Positions 50,758 to 64,000 of a DNA stretch of 64,000 nt are shown piece after piece. The translations under genes were made by a program, and so were the position numbers. Under the pieces are notes generated by a model. The model was given only the letters and a program-made list of their open reading frames with translations. It had not been told where the DNA came from and ran no database searches. Position 1 is the first letter of the stretch, and every line of letters starts with the position of its first letter. The DNA is from Octopus vulgaris (Eukaryota), in assembly GCA_951406725.2 (NCBI GenBank), contig OX597824.1, positions 32,984,001 through 33,048,000 on the forward strand. Direction: 5' to 3'.

Positions 50758-51876
50758 AGGTGCTCCTGTGTACATACAGGTATGTTACATGACAGTGAAA
50801 TATGAGCTTTGATCACAGAGGACTTGCAAAGGCTTGAAAGAAATGAAGCTGACATGCTCAGCTGGACGGGTGATGTCTGAACACAAAAGAGGTGCAGTGG
50901 TATCAAAAGGTTAATGGAGAATATAGTCTTTGTGTATGGCAAATGTGCAGGTACAACAAGCACTAAAAATAGGCAGACAATATGCTCCCTCAATTCCTCA
51001 GGTGGATCATTAGAAGTAGCAGACAACTTCTGTTACCTAGGGGACCAAGTTAGCAGTAGGGGAAGGAGTTCTGAAAGTGTAATTGCTAGGATACAAACAG
51101 GCTGGGCAAAGTCCAGAGAGCTTTTACCTTTGTTGGTAACTAAGGGCCTCTCCCTTAGAGTAAAAGGCAGATTGTATGATGCTTGTGTACATAGAGCTAT
51201 CTTACATGGCAGTGAAGCATAGGTTTTGACTACAGAGGACTTGCAAAGGCTTGAAAGAAATGAAGCTAGCATGCTCCACTGGATGACTAATGTCAGCATG
51301 CAAGCATGACAGAATGTAAAATGATTTAAGAAGAAAACTGGGCATAAGGGGCATCAGATTTTGTGTGCTGGTTTCGTCATGTGATACGCATGGATGAGGA
51401 CAGCTGCATAAAGAAGTACCAAGCCCTAGTTGTCTAGTTGAGGAGGGTACCTGTGGAAGGAGTAGACCCAGGGAGAAAGGATCTTTGGACACTGGGCCTC
51501 ACTGAGGTAATGAAAAGGGACCAGAAGATGTGATGATTTGCTGTACTTGATAAGACATGTCAAGCTAAGTAAAATTGTCGTCTTCCACACATAGAAGCTT
51601 TTCCTTTCAGGTGCCAGTGCTGCATTAACGCACCCATGCCAGTGTTGTGTAAATGCACCTGTGACACTGCGTAAATGCATAAATGCACCGTAAAAAGCAC
51701 CCAGCACACACAATTAAGTGGTGGGCATTAGGAAGAGTATCTAGCGGTAGAAACCATACTGCAACAGACAGTTGGAGTCCAGACAGTTCCCTGCTAGCCA
51801 GCTCCATGTCAAACCATCCAACCTGTGCCAGTATGGAGACCAGGCATTAAACAATACTGATGATGGTGATGATGAT
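50758..51876 (+). mobile_element. RTE-clade LINE 3' portion, with a short related fragment at ~50758-50880
   Basis: LEVADNFCYLGDQVSS...ARIQTGWAKSRELLPLL...VKGRLYDACV...LHGSE; 3' UTR and (gat)n tail. Confidence 0.88.
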
Positions 51877-53597
51877 ATGCAAAGCCTACAATTTTTCCTA
51901 GGGGGCCTAGGGGGCTTGACTGGTACTTATTTTATCAATCCTGAAAATGATGAGAAGCAAAGTCAACCTTGGTAGAATCTAAACTCATCACCATAATAAT
52001 AATCTTTTCTACTAAAGGCACAAGGCCTGAAATTTGGGGTGGAGGGGACTAGTTGATTACATCAACCCCAGTGTTTCACTGGTACTTAATTTATTGACCC
52101 TGAAAGGATGAAAAGCAAAGACAACCTCGATAGTAATAATAATAATCTTTTCTACTGTAGGTACAAGGCCTGAAATTTGGGGGATGGAGGGGTGGTCGGT
52201 TATATTGATCCCAGGGCTCAACTGGTACTTGTTTCATCGACCCTGAAAGGATGAAAGGTAAAGTCAACCTGGGTGGAATTTGAACTCAGATCATAAGGAC
52301 GGACAAAATGCAGCTAAGCACTTTCATGATGATGATGATGATAAAAACATGGGACTGATTCTAAGTCAAAGGTTACTGAAAACAACAGGAACCTATTCCT
52401 GTTCCAATATTCCTAACTGAATGAAACTAGATTTGTAGATGTTTTTAAATAGCAATGCCTGTGTATAAACATAATTAATTGAATATAATTAGGCGTACAC
52501 TCATCTTTCATGTTCCATTTTGTGTTATACATTAATGGGGATGATGGAACAACTGCCTGAGATGAAAATATGCTTTCACTAACAGAGAGAGAGACGCAGG
52601 GGTAGGAGGGGAGGAGAAAGGGGGACAAAAAGAAACAAAACATACAATGCAATAACCCTTTTGCTCAAAAACAAACATATTTGACATGCAATGAATCAGA
52701 AGAAAAAAAAACATGTTTAATTGAGATTCATAACTAATAAAATGAAACAGCAGCAAGGTCTTTCATCTCCTCCTTCTGCCACTCGCCTTATACTTTAACA
52801 ATAACTACTCATTATCTGTTGCAGTGAACTTTTCAGAGCACTACACTAACAGCATGCTGTATTGCTATTTAAAGCAGTCTGAGATGATAAGCCACGGTGT
52901 GTGTTGACTCATTTTTTTTTTTTTTTCACATTTTATTTCATTATTTTTTTATTTTATTTTTTATCAGTTTCAATTGCTGAGACCATGCCAATAGCATACA
53001 TAATGGCTCCACTACTACTAGTAGTCGTAGTCATTCCTCAAAATACTACTACTACTACTACTACTCTACTGAGGATTTTTATCAGTCAGTGTAAAAAGAT
53101 AGAATATTCAAGATGTTCCAGTTGAAACCAAGGGAGAAACTCAATCTCTGTTATAGTAATAATCTACTTCTTTAGAAGGGGATTAAGAGCTGATTAGAAT
53201 CAAATTCATTCAATAAAAAACTGGCTTTGCTACTTTCTCTAATGTATAAACAGTCTTACTGTTCACTTCCTAAGGTTTACAAGATGTTATAAAAATATAT
53301 CTGGCTTTATAGAAGAGATAAAAAGATTCTTTAGTAAATAAACAAAGTACACAAAATTATTTCATCATTTATCTTTAAACTTGTTTCAATTATTAGACAG
53401 CAGCCGTACTGAGACACCGCCTTGAGGGAGCATTAGTTGAATGAGTCTATCCAAGTACTGATTATTTTTTTCTTTTGTAAAAGCCTAGTGTGGTATCTTT
53501 TGCTGAACTAAGTTAAGGAAATAAAAACACAAACCAAACATAGGTTGTCAAGCAGCAGCAGGGAAGGGGTAAGAAACAAACAGATGCAAAGACACAC

Positions 53598-53665
<68 letters not shown>

Positions 53666-56600
53666 CATCATCTTTAACGTCCGCTTTCCATGCTAGCATG
53701 GGTTGGACGATTTGATTGAGGACTGGCGAACCAGATGGCTGCACCAGGCTCCAATCTGATCTGGCAGAGTTTCTACAGCTGGATGCCCTTCCTAACGCCA
53801 ACCACTCTGAAAATGTAGTGGGTGCTTTTATGTGCCACTGGCACGAGGGCTAATCAGGCAGTACTGGCAACGGCCACGTTCAAGTGGTGTTTTTTACGTG
53901 CCACCTGCACAGGAGCCAGTCCAGCGGTACTGGCAATGACCTCGCTCGAATGTTTTTCATGTGCCCCTGGCACAAATGCTAGTGAGGTGACGTTGGTAAC
54001 GATCCTGTTTGAATGGTGCTTTTTATGTGCCACCGGCATGGAAGCCAGATGAAAATGAGAGGCTAATTTTAAGATAAGGCAAAAGCAATATCTGAATTAG
54101 CTAAAAGACTTAAAGTTGAGTTTTGTATAGAGGAGGCCATTTATTTGGAATATTTAGGTTATTCTGTGTTAAAAATACTAGGTGGGTTTTTCTCTATGCA
54201 GCATGTCCATTTTCCCCAGCTAAAGTATTTAAAAAGTTTTCTAATATTGTCTCACAACACCTAGGAATACAAAGGCACTTATATTGAAACTGGAATACAT
54301 ACACAGAGTATGGAATATAATACACGGAGTATGGAATATAATACACAGAGTATAACTATTTATAGCTGGGATTCATTACGACACACAAAACAAAGTGTAT
54401 TTTTTCTCTTGATACAACTTCTAAACCAGACGACCTTGGAAAATTTGATATATTAACATCCTAGTTCTCTTGCTTTTCAATATGAACGTGTACAGAGCTA
54501 TAGAAAATGTCAACATGGTAAAGTTTAAATAACAGAATGTAAATAACAAGTTTCAATGACAAAGAACATAAAAATCAGAGCCATCTAGAAGTGGCCTTGG
54601 AACGGCCTGGAAATTAAGCAGGAATGTAGGGTACAGGAATTCAGTACTGAATATTCAGGATAGGGAGTACACAGAGTCAATGGTAGGCAACACAGGAGAA
54701 GTACCGAGCTAAAAGTAAGCCACTGAATTTTAACATTCAACAGTCTGGAGAAATCCTTCAACAGGGTCCCTTGTTCTGTGACCTGGTGATTGGTGAGGAA
54801 GCTAGAAGTAGATTAATAACTTGTGAGAACCATACAGGCTGTGTACATGTGGGGTGTGTTTGTGTACATCTGGCACTCACTTGTTAAAATGTCATGATAT
54901 TCATACAGTGTTTTGCTGGCATTTCTCCAGTCAACAGATCACCTGCCTTAGTGACTCCCATCCACCCATGAATAATGTGGGGCAGCCAGGTATCTCCTCT
55001 GTAACAAGACACCTGGAATGTTCCCTTCACCATACTTCAGCCCCTAAACGCCTGACATAAAACCACTCCCTCACACACACAAACAGACAGACATAGTCAA
55101 GAGCGATTTTTCTTGTTCTTTTCCTGTCTTGCAAGTCATCTGGCAATCTCAATAGTGCCAGTGGTATGAAAAAAGTTACCAATATAAACTGGAATATGTT
55201 TAGCATTATGAAAGATATCCAGCCATAGAAACCATGCCAAAGCTGACTCTGGAACTCAATGCAGCCCTGTGGCTTACTGAAACCTGTCAAACCATCCAAC
55301 CCATGCCCGCATGGAAAACAGATGTTAAATGATGATGATGACTTTGAACTTCTCAACATCTTTAATAGAGGGAGAGGAGGTTTTTGTTTACTCTTATTGT
55401 GTGTGGGTTGTCATCTTTACTATTGTTTATGGCTGACAGAAAAGAAATGGAATGTGATGAAAGGACATTGCTGAGGTTGGCTGAGTCCAACTTGAAAATG
55501 AAAGAGATGACAGGAGTTGTGTAAGACACACTGGATGGATTGAGGTGGGAGGATGCAAAGCAAATGAAATATCTCACCAGAATAATAATATGGCAACACA
55601 CTGTGACCAGGGGAAATAATGAGACTGAAGAGGAAGAATGTATAACAAATACAAGGGTGGAAAACTAATTATATGATTAGCATTGGAGACAGCTGATTTA
55701 AGAAATCTAGTGTGGGACATATTGTGGAGAATGAAGAAAGATTTCTCCTGAGACTAATGTACAATTGTGCTTCCCTCCCCAGTCAACCTTAATTGGTGGG
55801 GCTACAAGGATATTACTGTCATCAGAGAGGCAGCTATTCATTGTTGCAGTATATCCTGTCAGAATAACCCAGTTCTGAACATCCTTGATGCTGCACTAAA
55901 ACAGTAATGCACCTAAAGTATGTCAGCACCAAGGTGCATCTTGCTGTTTTGCACAAAGAAGGGGAGAAAAAAACGATGTATAAACAAAATAAGCTAAAAT
56001 AAACCAAGATTCAGATTTCTAAATGATGCAACAGACTCGGAAGTGCATACAGAACCAGAGAAAGCACTTGTTTCCCAAGCTACATGGCTATGACAAAGTG
56101 ACATCTAACCCAATGGCCTGGTCCAAGTTGACAAAAATGTTCTAATCATTGAGTTAAAAGTACCTCAGGAAGATAATATGGTTGGGTAGATGAAGGGAAT
56201 TATCAAAAGTATGGAAGTAGGCAGTGTGGTTAAAGGAATTGTCTGTGGTTTGAGAATATGAGTATACAATATTTCAAATGAAGATAAGCTGTTGTGGTTC
56301 AGTAAGGATAATAGTGATTAGTGAACTGCCGAGAGTGCATCACTTTGGATATGGCAAACAAATATAAAAGAAAGCCTAATGCAGAGAGCAAAAAACAAAA
56401 TGAGTGCTGTGTAGTTTGAGTGGTTAGAATTACTTCTATGGCTTGGTGTGGTAACTGCATGGATGACTGAGAGAAAAGAGAAACATGCTTAAGATGCGGG
56501 ATAGAAAAAGAAACTCGAATATTTCCTGGTACTATCAATGCAGCTCAGAACTGCCAGAGGGCACGACAGCTGGGAGGTGTGGAACACTGTGGTGATCTCT

Positions 56601-58040
56601 GGTCAATAGCTTATGAAGGGATTGTTCTGTAGTGTGGACCATCTTTTTTCTTTTATTAGTTTGTCTTTGCAATCACTCTGGTACACCATCTTGAAGTTAA
56701 CCCTTTAGCATTCAGATTACTCAGTCAAGTATAATGTCTATTTATCCACATTCTTTTGAATTGTGCATTAACCTTGCAGCTTTGAGATTTCAATGATGTG
56801 ATTGGTTATTTTTTTAATGACAATGTGGAGTAGGTGTGAGAGGCTAAATCTGATCAGTTTGGACATAAAACTGGTAGAATACTTAGGCCGGACAAGGCTG
56901 GTTTAAATATTAAAGAGTTAAACAAATTGAAGTCAATACTTATTCTACTGGTCTCTTTGATCAAATTGCTAAGTTATGGGGACATGAATAAACCAATACT
57001 TGTCAAGAGAGGCAAACAAATAAACACACACATACACAATAGGCTTCCACATAGTTTCTGTCAATCAAATTCACAAGGCATTGGTCACTCCAGGGCTACA
57101 GTATAAGACACTAGCCCAAAATGCCATGCAGTGGGATAGAATCAGAAACCGTGTGGATGCACATAGCCATACCTGTACTTTAAATGAAGTATAGAGAATA
57201 ACAATAAGTATCAAACTCATTTGTCAAATATTACAAATGACCTGATGACTGACCCTTATACCACTGATGCTTAAAAATACATCCATACTACTACAAAATA
57301 AAACAAATCTTAATATAACTTTTTATAAATTTTAATATGGAAGTGTTAGAGACAGGAAGGACATCTCACTTGTAAAACAATGCCTCAACAAGTTTGTCTA
57401 ACCCAGTGGTTCCCAAATTTCTTCAGGCTGCTGCCTCCTTGACACCCAGCCACATTCCTAGTACCCACCACTCACCACCACAAACAGAGGCCAGTTTCTG
57501 CAGCAAATTCAAAACAAATGTATTTCACAAATAAAATGTAACCTAATTAACCCATTATTTTGAGGGGCTTTTTTGCATCCACCACCTTTTTGGCCACCCC
57601 ATTATCATCCCACTATTTTTCAATGCCCTTTCCCACCAGATCTTTCTCCTACCCCAAGGGAGCAGGACCACTCACTTTGGGAACCACCAGTCTAACCCAT
57701 GCTAGCATAGAAAAATAGACATAATAATTCTAATTATGTAATACGGTCAGTAATTTTGAAGTGGGAGGGCAAGTAGATTACATTAACCCCAGTACTCGAT
57801 TTGTATTTTATTTTATTGACCCTCGAAAGGATGAAGAGCAAGGTTGACCTTGGTGGAGTTTGAAATCTGAATATAAAGAGCCAGAAGAAATGCAGCTAAG
57901 CATTTTGTCCAGTGCTCTAACAATTCTGACAGCATGCCATATAAGGACATAATAGTCAATGAAATAACAAAAAAAAACCAAAAAAAACATGAATTTTGAA
58001 TATCTATCAAAACTAACATGATGCAATTTCACAATCTTAC

Positions 58041-58069
58041 ATGAAGTCACTTGCCAAACAGGTAAAACT
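58041..58069 (-). other. Candidate 29-nt 5' UTR exon
   Basis: Acceptor cctcacttctttcag, donor CAT|gtaaga; splice signals only. Confidence 0.3.
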
Positions 58070-59077
58070 CTGAAAGAAGTGAGGTATGTGAGAAATTTAG
58101 ATAAAGAAACCAACACTCATATATGAGAAATGATGCCTGCCTTTGGATAGGTAGAATTCCAGCAAAATAGACACATATTTGATAATCATCCTCCTCCTCA
58201 TCATCATGATTCACCATCCACTTTTTCATGCTTGCATGGGTCAGAGGGAATACATTGAGGCAGGTTTCCTATGGCCAAATGGCCTTCTTATTGCCAACCT
58301 TCATCTGTTTCCAAGCAAGACTAGAAACAAATAACATCATTTGTATGACAGCGATGGTCATTTATAACCATCATGTGATGTCAAGACAAGGGTACACCCC
58401 ACTCTCAGCACACACACACACTTACATGAAGAGCTTCATTCAGTTTTCATTTACCATATCCACTAACAGGGCTCTGGTCAGCCTAGGCCAATAGTAAAAG
58501 ACATTTGCTCAAGATGCCACACAGTGGGACTCACATGAATTACGTTCATTAACCACACAGTCACATCTGCACCAATTGACAATCATCATCATCATCATTT
58601 AACGTCCACTTTCCATGCTAGCATGGGTTGGACGATTTGACTGAGGACTGGCGAATCAAATGGCTGTGCCAGGCTCCAATCTGATCTGGCAGAGTTTCTA
58701 CAGCTGGATGCCCTTCCTAACGCCAACCACTCCGAGAATGTAGTGGGTGCTTTTACGTTTCACCGGCACAAGGGCCAGTCTGGCGGTACTGGCAACGGCC
58801 ACACTCAAATGGTGTTTTTTATGTGCCACCTGCACAGGAGTCAGTCCAATGAATATAGAAAAAGAGCAGCTAGATAAAACAATACAACTAATACATGACA
58901 GCCCTCAAGATGATGATATAAAAATTAATGTATTTTTACAAAACTAAAGAATCTAGCATTTGTGTACTCAGTAGGAAAAAACTTTCATACAATATCAAAC
59001 AATTGTAAAATCTACATTTCATTCACGTAAGAAATAAAGCCATAAGAAGCACAATTCTCAGAAAGGAAAGAAGACAA

Positions 59078-59078
59078 A

Positions 59079-59116
<38 letters not shown>

Positions 59117-59125
59117 TAATAATAA
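59078..59125. repeat. (AAT)n microsatellite (others 30543-30592, ~59475-59535)
   Basis: Direct reading. Confidence 0.95.
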
Positions 59126-59475
59126 TTTTGGGCTAGGAGACCAGTTGATTATATCAACCCCAGTACTCATCCTGAAAGGATGAAAGGCAAAATCGACCTC
59201 AGCAGAATTTGAACTCAGAACATTAAGATGGATGAAATGCTGCTATGCATTTTTTCCAGCAAAATAATAACCCTTACTACTATATGTGCAAGGCTCGAAA
59301 TCTGGGGGAGGGGGCTAGATTATTATATTGACCCTAGTACATAACTGGTATTTATTTCATCGACCCTCAAATGGATGAAAAGCCAAGAAGAATTTGAACT
59401 CAAAACATTAAGACAGATGAAATGTCACGAAACCTTTCACCCGGCATACTAACAATTCTGCCAGCTTGCTGCCTC

Positions 59476-59513
<38 letters not shown>

Positions 59514-62500
59514 CAATAATAACAACAACAATAATATATGAAGATTGACGTAACTAGACATGAAGGTAATTGCGTTTGAATAATTCACCTCTGGAAACAT
59601 GAGTGTTTTGCTCATCATGCTTTAACAACTCTTATTCAGGGACCATATGAGTGGGATGGGCTACTAGACCTGAAGAAAATTTTAACTGGGGCCCACCTGC
59701 AAGGTCATGTGCTTTTTATCTGGATATGAGATTACAAAATCACGCACATATGATTGTGAAGTATGTGCCTGGTGTGTCTTTATCGGATAGGTACTCATGA
59801 TGGGCGTATTGGGCTTTGTATATTTGTACTCTAGTGTTACTTTGATGGCATGCGCTGCTCTTTCACTCAACAATAATAATAATAATAATCTTCTCTACTA
59901 TAGGCACAAGGCCTCAAATTTTGGGGAGGGGACCAGTCAATTTCATTGACCCCAGTGTGTAAATGGTACTTGATTTATCGACCCCAAAAGGATGAAAAGC
60001 AAAGTCAACCCTAGCAGCATTTCAACTCAGAATGTGAAGACAGACAAAATACCGCTAAGCATTTCATCTGGCATGCTAATGATTCTGCCAGCTCGCCACC
60101 TTAATAATAATAATAATAGTATTGGATACGTCATAACATAATTATAGAACTGCATTGTGTCCAAACACTTGATCAAACTCTCAGAAAGATACCAGGCAAC
60201 ACATTAGTAAGACCAAACTTAATACCAAAATTAAGAAAACAAAAACAAAGACTGTAATTGTAAACTACTGATGACATCAATAGTTTATTTATATGTTAAT
60301 TATAGCATTTATCAGACAGACAATGAATTCTAGCAGGCCAAAACTTCAAAGTTACTGTCACCACTCTTCTTGTAAAAGTATAATAAATATTGTTATATTT
60401 GGAGATGGTCATCTTTTGCCAATTAAACAGATGCACTATTTATTTGATCTTCACTTTAGTTTTGCCAGGCGTGCAGAATCGTTAGCATGCCAAGCAAAAT
60501 GCTTAACGGCATTTCGTCCGTCTTTATCTTCTGTGTTTAAATCCCACCAAGGTCAACTTTGCCTTTCATCCCTATCGGAGTCAACAAAATAAGCATCAGT
60601 TGAGCACTGGGGTCGGTGTAATCGACTATCCCCCTCCACCAAATTTTCAGGCCTTGTAGAAAGGATTACTATTTTCAGTTTATTTGTGAAATACACTACA
60701 AATAATACTTAATAAGGCTGAAATGAAGATAAAATAAATAGTGTATCTATATTATAATGGAGAAAGGTATGTAACAGTTACTAAAAGAAAGCAATTATTA
60801 AAGGCTTCACTGGAAATTTTTTTTATAAATTCATGTTCCAAGAAATTTCCTGTAATTTCGATTCCTCAAGTTCATTGAATATTTGAACTACAAATTTAAA
60901 TATTCATGGCATTCACTGCTGAGTAGATTTTATAAACAATATTAATTCGATGCTGGTGAAATTTTGCATTTTCATTTGCAACAATCACTCACTCTCTCAC
61001 ACCTCTATTTTCATTAATAATTTAATATATATTCATTTCAAGTTTTAATTCATTATTTGCAAAACCTACAGTTTATTATATATATGTAATGTAAAAAATT
61101 ATTTATTGAATGAATGTTATAAGACAAAATAGCTGTATAACCTTCAGGCTTATTTTCAATAAAATTAATTTTTTTTAATATACTGATATAATTCTTTAAA
61201 AACAAAATTAAGAAGTAATTTTGCTGGTATGGCTTTTTGGAAAGCTATAAACCTTACAATAATAACTATGTGATCACTGCTGTCTCTAGCACACTAAACC
61301 TTGAAGTTTGTTTAAATTACAGATTTATTACAACTATGATAAATTACTGAAAGAAATATTTATTGAGAGAGATTTTTTATAAATTGAAGTTTTCAGGAAA
61401 ATTTATTTTCTGAATTTCCTTTTATTATTGAATATTTCAAGTTCACAAATTTAAATGTTCGGTACAAGATAGTTTGGCATTCTTTCGCTTGATCCCTCAC
61501 ACTTCGTTAATTTTCATAAAAATTTATTTACTTTTTGTGCAACATGTTCAGCTCTATGTATTTGCAGTCACATGCACACACGTTTTTGCATGTATGTTTG
61601 TATACATTTGTGTTTGCGTGTGTGTGTGTGAGAGAGAGAGAGTGAGATAGTGAAGGGGTATGTTATCATGTATATGTACATACATATGCATACATTTTTT
61701 GTATATAAATGTGCATGTGTGTGAGTCAGACAGAGAGAGGGAGTGATGTCTGGCACTCCCTCTCTCTCGCACACATACACACATTCATTTCATATACACA
61801 TACATCTTTCACTTCCTTCTCTCTTTCACTTTCAAACAAAAGTAGATAAACAAAAAAATTATACAGAAATTAACAAACAAAACCAGCTGTTCATTTTGGT
61901 ATTTCTGAGAGCTCAAACAAAAGAACGTCAATAATTTTACACAAGTTTTTATTTATACGAAATTTTCATTTCATGTTTATTTCATTCATTGTTTGCAATG
62001 TTCTCTCTCCTCCTCACACACACACACACATTCCAAGTTTGACTTGCAGAAAACCACCCAGAGGGCAGTCTTTCTGCTAGTGTGTTTAATTGGCAAAAAT
62101 CCCAAATATAACAATATCTGTTTCAACACAGATTTTCACATCAAGAATTTTGCAAAAATACATAAGTGTATAATAAATATGTACTCTACAAAAACCATTC
62201 AGAAATCTTTCAGTTTAATGTAAAATTGTTTAATTATAGCTTAACATGAAAACAAACACACAAGTGTATGTGTGGGGGTTTGTGTGTGTAGATAATATAT
62301 AATTTCACTACAAGTTTCCACAAACTCAAACTACACATCTTCACAGCATTCCCTCAATGTCTAAATTTCCCACTATAATCACAAGCAAATCTCCTGAGCA
62401 CAACATTTCATGGGAGAAACATAATGCTTCTATTTCATTTTGGAACCTGTGTTCTAGAGTATTAAAAGTATTACTTTCTGAAAAATACACTAATCTTATA

Positions 62501-64000
62501 CTACAAGCAAACATTACTGTGTTATGGCTAAGAGTTTATAACCCGAGTGAAACTGGGTCCTTCTGCTAGTATATATATATATATATATAGATATATATAT
62601 ATATATTACTCTTTACTCTTTTACTTGTTTCAGTCATTTGACTGCAGCCATGCTGGAGCACCGCCTTTAGTCGAGCAAATTGACCCCGGGACATATTCTT
62701 TGTAAGCCTAGTACTTATTCTATCTGTCTCTTTTGCCGAACCGCTAAGTGACGGGGACATAAACACACCAGCATCGGTTGTCAAGCAATGCTAGGGGGAC
62801 AAACACAGACACACAAACATATACACACACATACATATATATATATATATACGACGAGTCTCTTTCAGTTGCCGTCTACCAAATCCATTCACAAGGCATT
62901 GGTCGGCCCAGGGCTATAGCAGAAGACACTTGCCCAAGATGCCACGCAGTGGGACTGAACCCGGAACCATGTGGTTGGTTAGCAAGCTACTTACCACACA
63001 GCCACTCCTGGGTTTCTTCATTACCAAATCCACTCCCAAGGCTTTGGTCAGCCCTGTGATTAGATAGAAGACACTTGCCAAAGCTGACACACAATGGGTT
63101 TGAACCTGAAACCATGTGGTAGGGGAAGCAAACTTCTTAACCACAAACAGTTACACCTGCACTGTAGTGTTAAGATACAGTGTGGTGATTAACAGACTCA
63201 TTAAAGCATCAACTAAAAATGTCTTGCATATGGTCCTTCACATTTTGAGTTCAAACTCCAGTGAGGTCAACTTTAATTTTGTTTTTTATTTGTTTTTTTT
63301 GTGGGGGTGGGGCTGGATAAAATAAAATACAAGTCAAGTAGTGGGATGTAACTAATTTGCCACCTCTCCCCAAAAACTTTACAACCACATGGTTTTGGGT
63401 TCAGTCCCACTACATGACACCTTCTACTATAACCAAAGAACAGCCAATGCCTTGAGTGACCTTAGATGGAAACTATATGGAAGCCAACAACCCATGCCAG
63501 CATAGAAGAGAGACATTAAATGATGATGATGGCGTGTGTGTGTATGTGTGTGATGTGCATATGTCTTTGTGCTTATAACCCCCACCACTGCAAGACAACC
63601 CATGTTGGTTTGTTTACACCCTTGTAACTTAGAAGTTCAGCAAAAGAGTTTGATAGAGTAAGTATCAAGCTTTAAGAATATAAAAACAGGAGTCAATTTG
63701 CTCAACTAAATCCTTCGAGGCATTACCCAAAAAATGGCTGCTGTCCAATGACAAAAACAAATTAAAGATAAAAGAGAACAGAGAACAACCTCGTAAAATA
63801 TGATAAAGTATTGATGACTTGCCATTCCTGGCAGCTGCTACGTGAATATTGATATTGCTCATTTACCCATTTTTCATTTTCTGATCTCATTGATGTTTAC
63901 ATTAGGCATACTCAGATATGAAATGTAACAAATCAGTGTTGGCTGTATTTTCTATAGAGAATTTCTATAGAAGACCTGTAGAGCTAACCTTAACAAGTGA

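Noticed and set aside
52490-52650. Strong polypyrimidine tract and acceptor (ctctctgttag) on the minus strand
   Set aside because: No clear donor or phase link to the gene; left uncalled.
279-63862. Most ORFs in the six-frame track
   Set aside because: They run through microsatellites, SINEs or low-complexity DNA (CVCV, YIYI, HTHT peptides), often with non-ATG starts; only transposon-derived ORFs and those overlapping called exons are meaningful.

Overview
AT-rich, microsatellite- and transposon-dense animal DNA. The SINE/RTE/piggyBac-MITE landscape looks like a coleoid cephalopod, probably Octopus (inference). Nearly the whole window is intronic to one minus-strand gene whose N-terminus matches CCDC9/CCDC9B. 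Exons 31231-31109, 23645-23577 and 22416-22327 read HMNADKELFLDILTKEEREALLTKKMEEIRKKNEALRKRHE|EIEADKRQAEKMVKPTSPKKEIK|SVDFKPVKKEEFHRHSGSDFDYLKLRTDME. Candidate exons 9591-9538 and 1615-1555 follow, and the gene continues beyond position 1. Several upstream candidate exons each end in a different ATG-started micro-peptide (MASQ, MLK, MQ, MITK) in phase with the same acceptor. The introns contain a near-canonical minimal type I hammerhead ribozyme motif on the pre-mRNA strand, about 120 nt upstream of a candidate 3' splice site, and several long fold-backs (one with Ginger-like ends, one with degenerate hammerheads). Also present are mariner, DD37D, hAT, piggyBac, pogo and Helentron-type DNA elements; CR1, RTE, Tx1/L1 and Dong/R4 LINE fragments; and three tRNA-derived SINE families. 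Almost all ORFs in the supplied track are spurious. Coordinates were counted by hand; repeat boundaries without TSDs are approximate.
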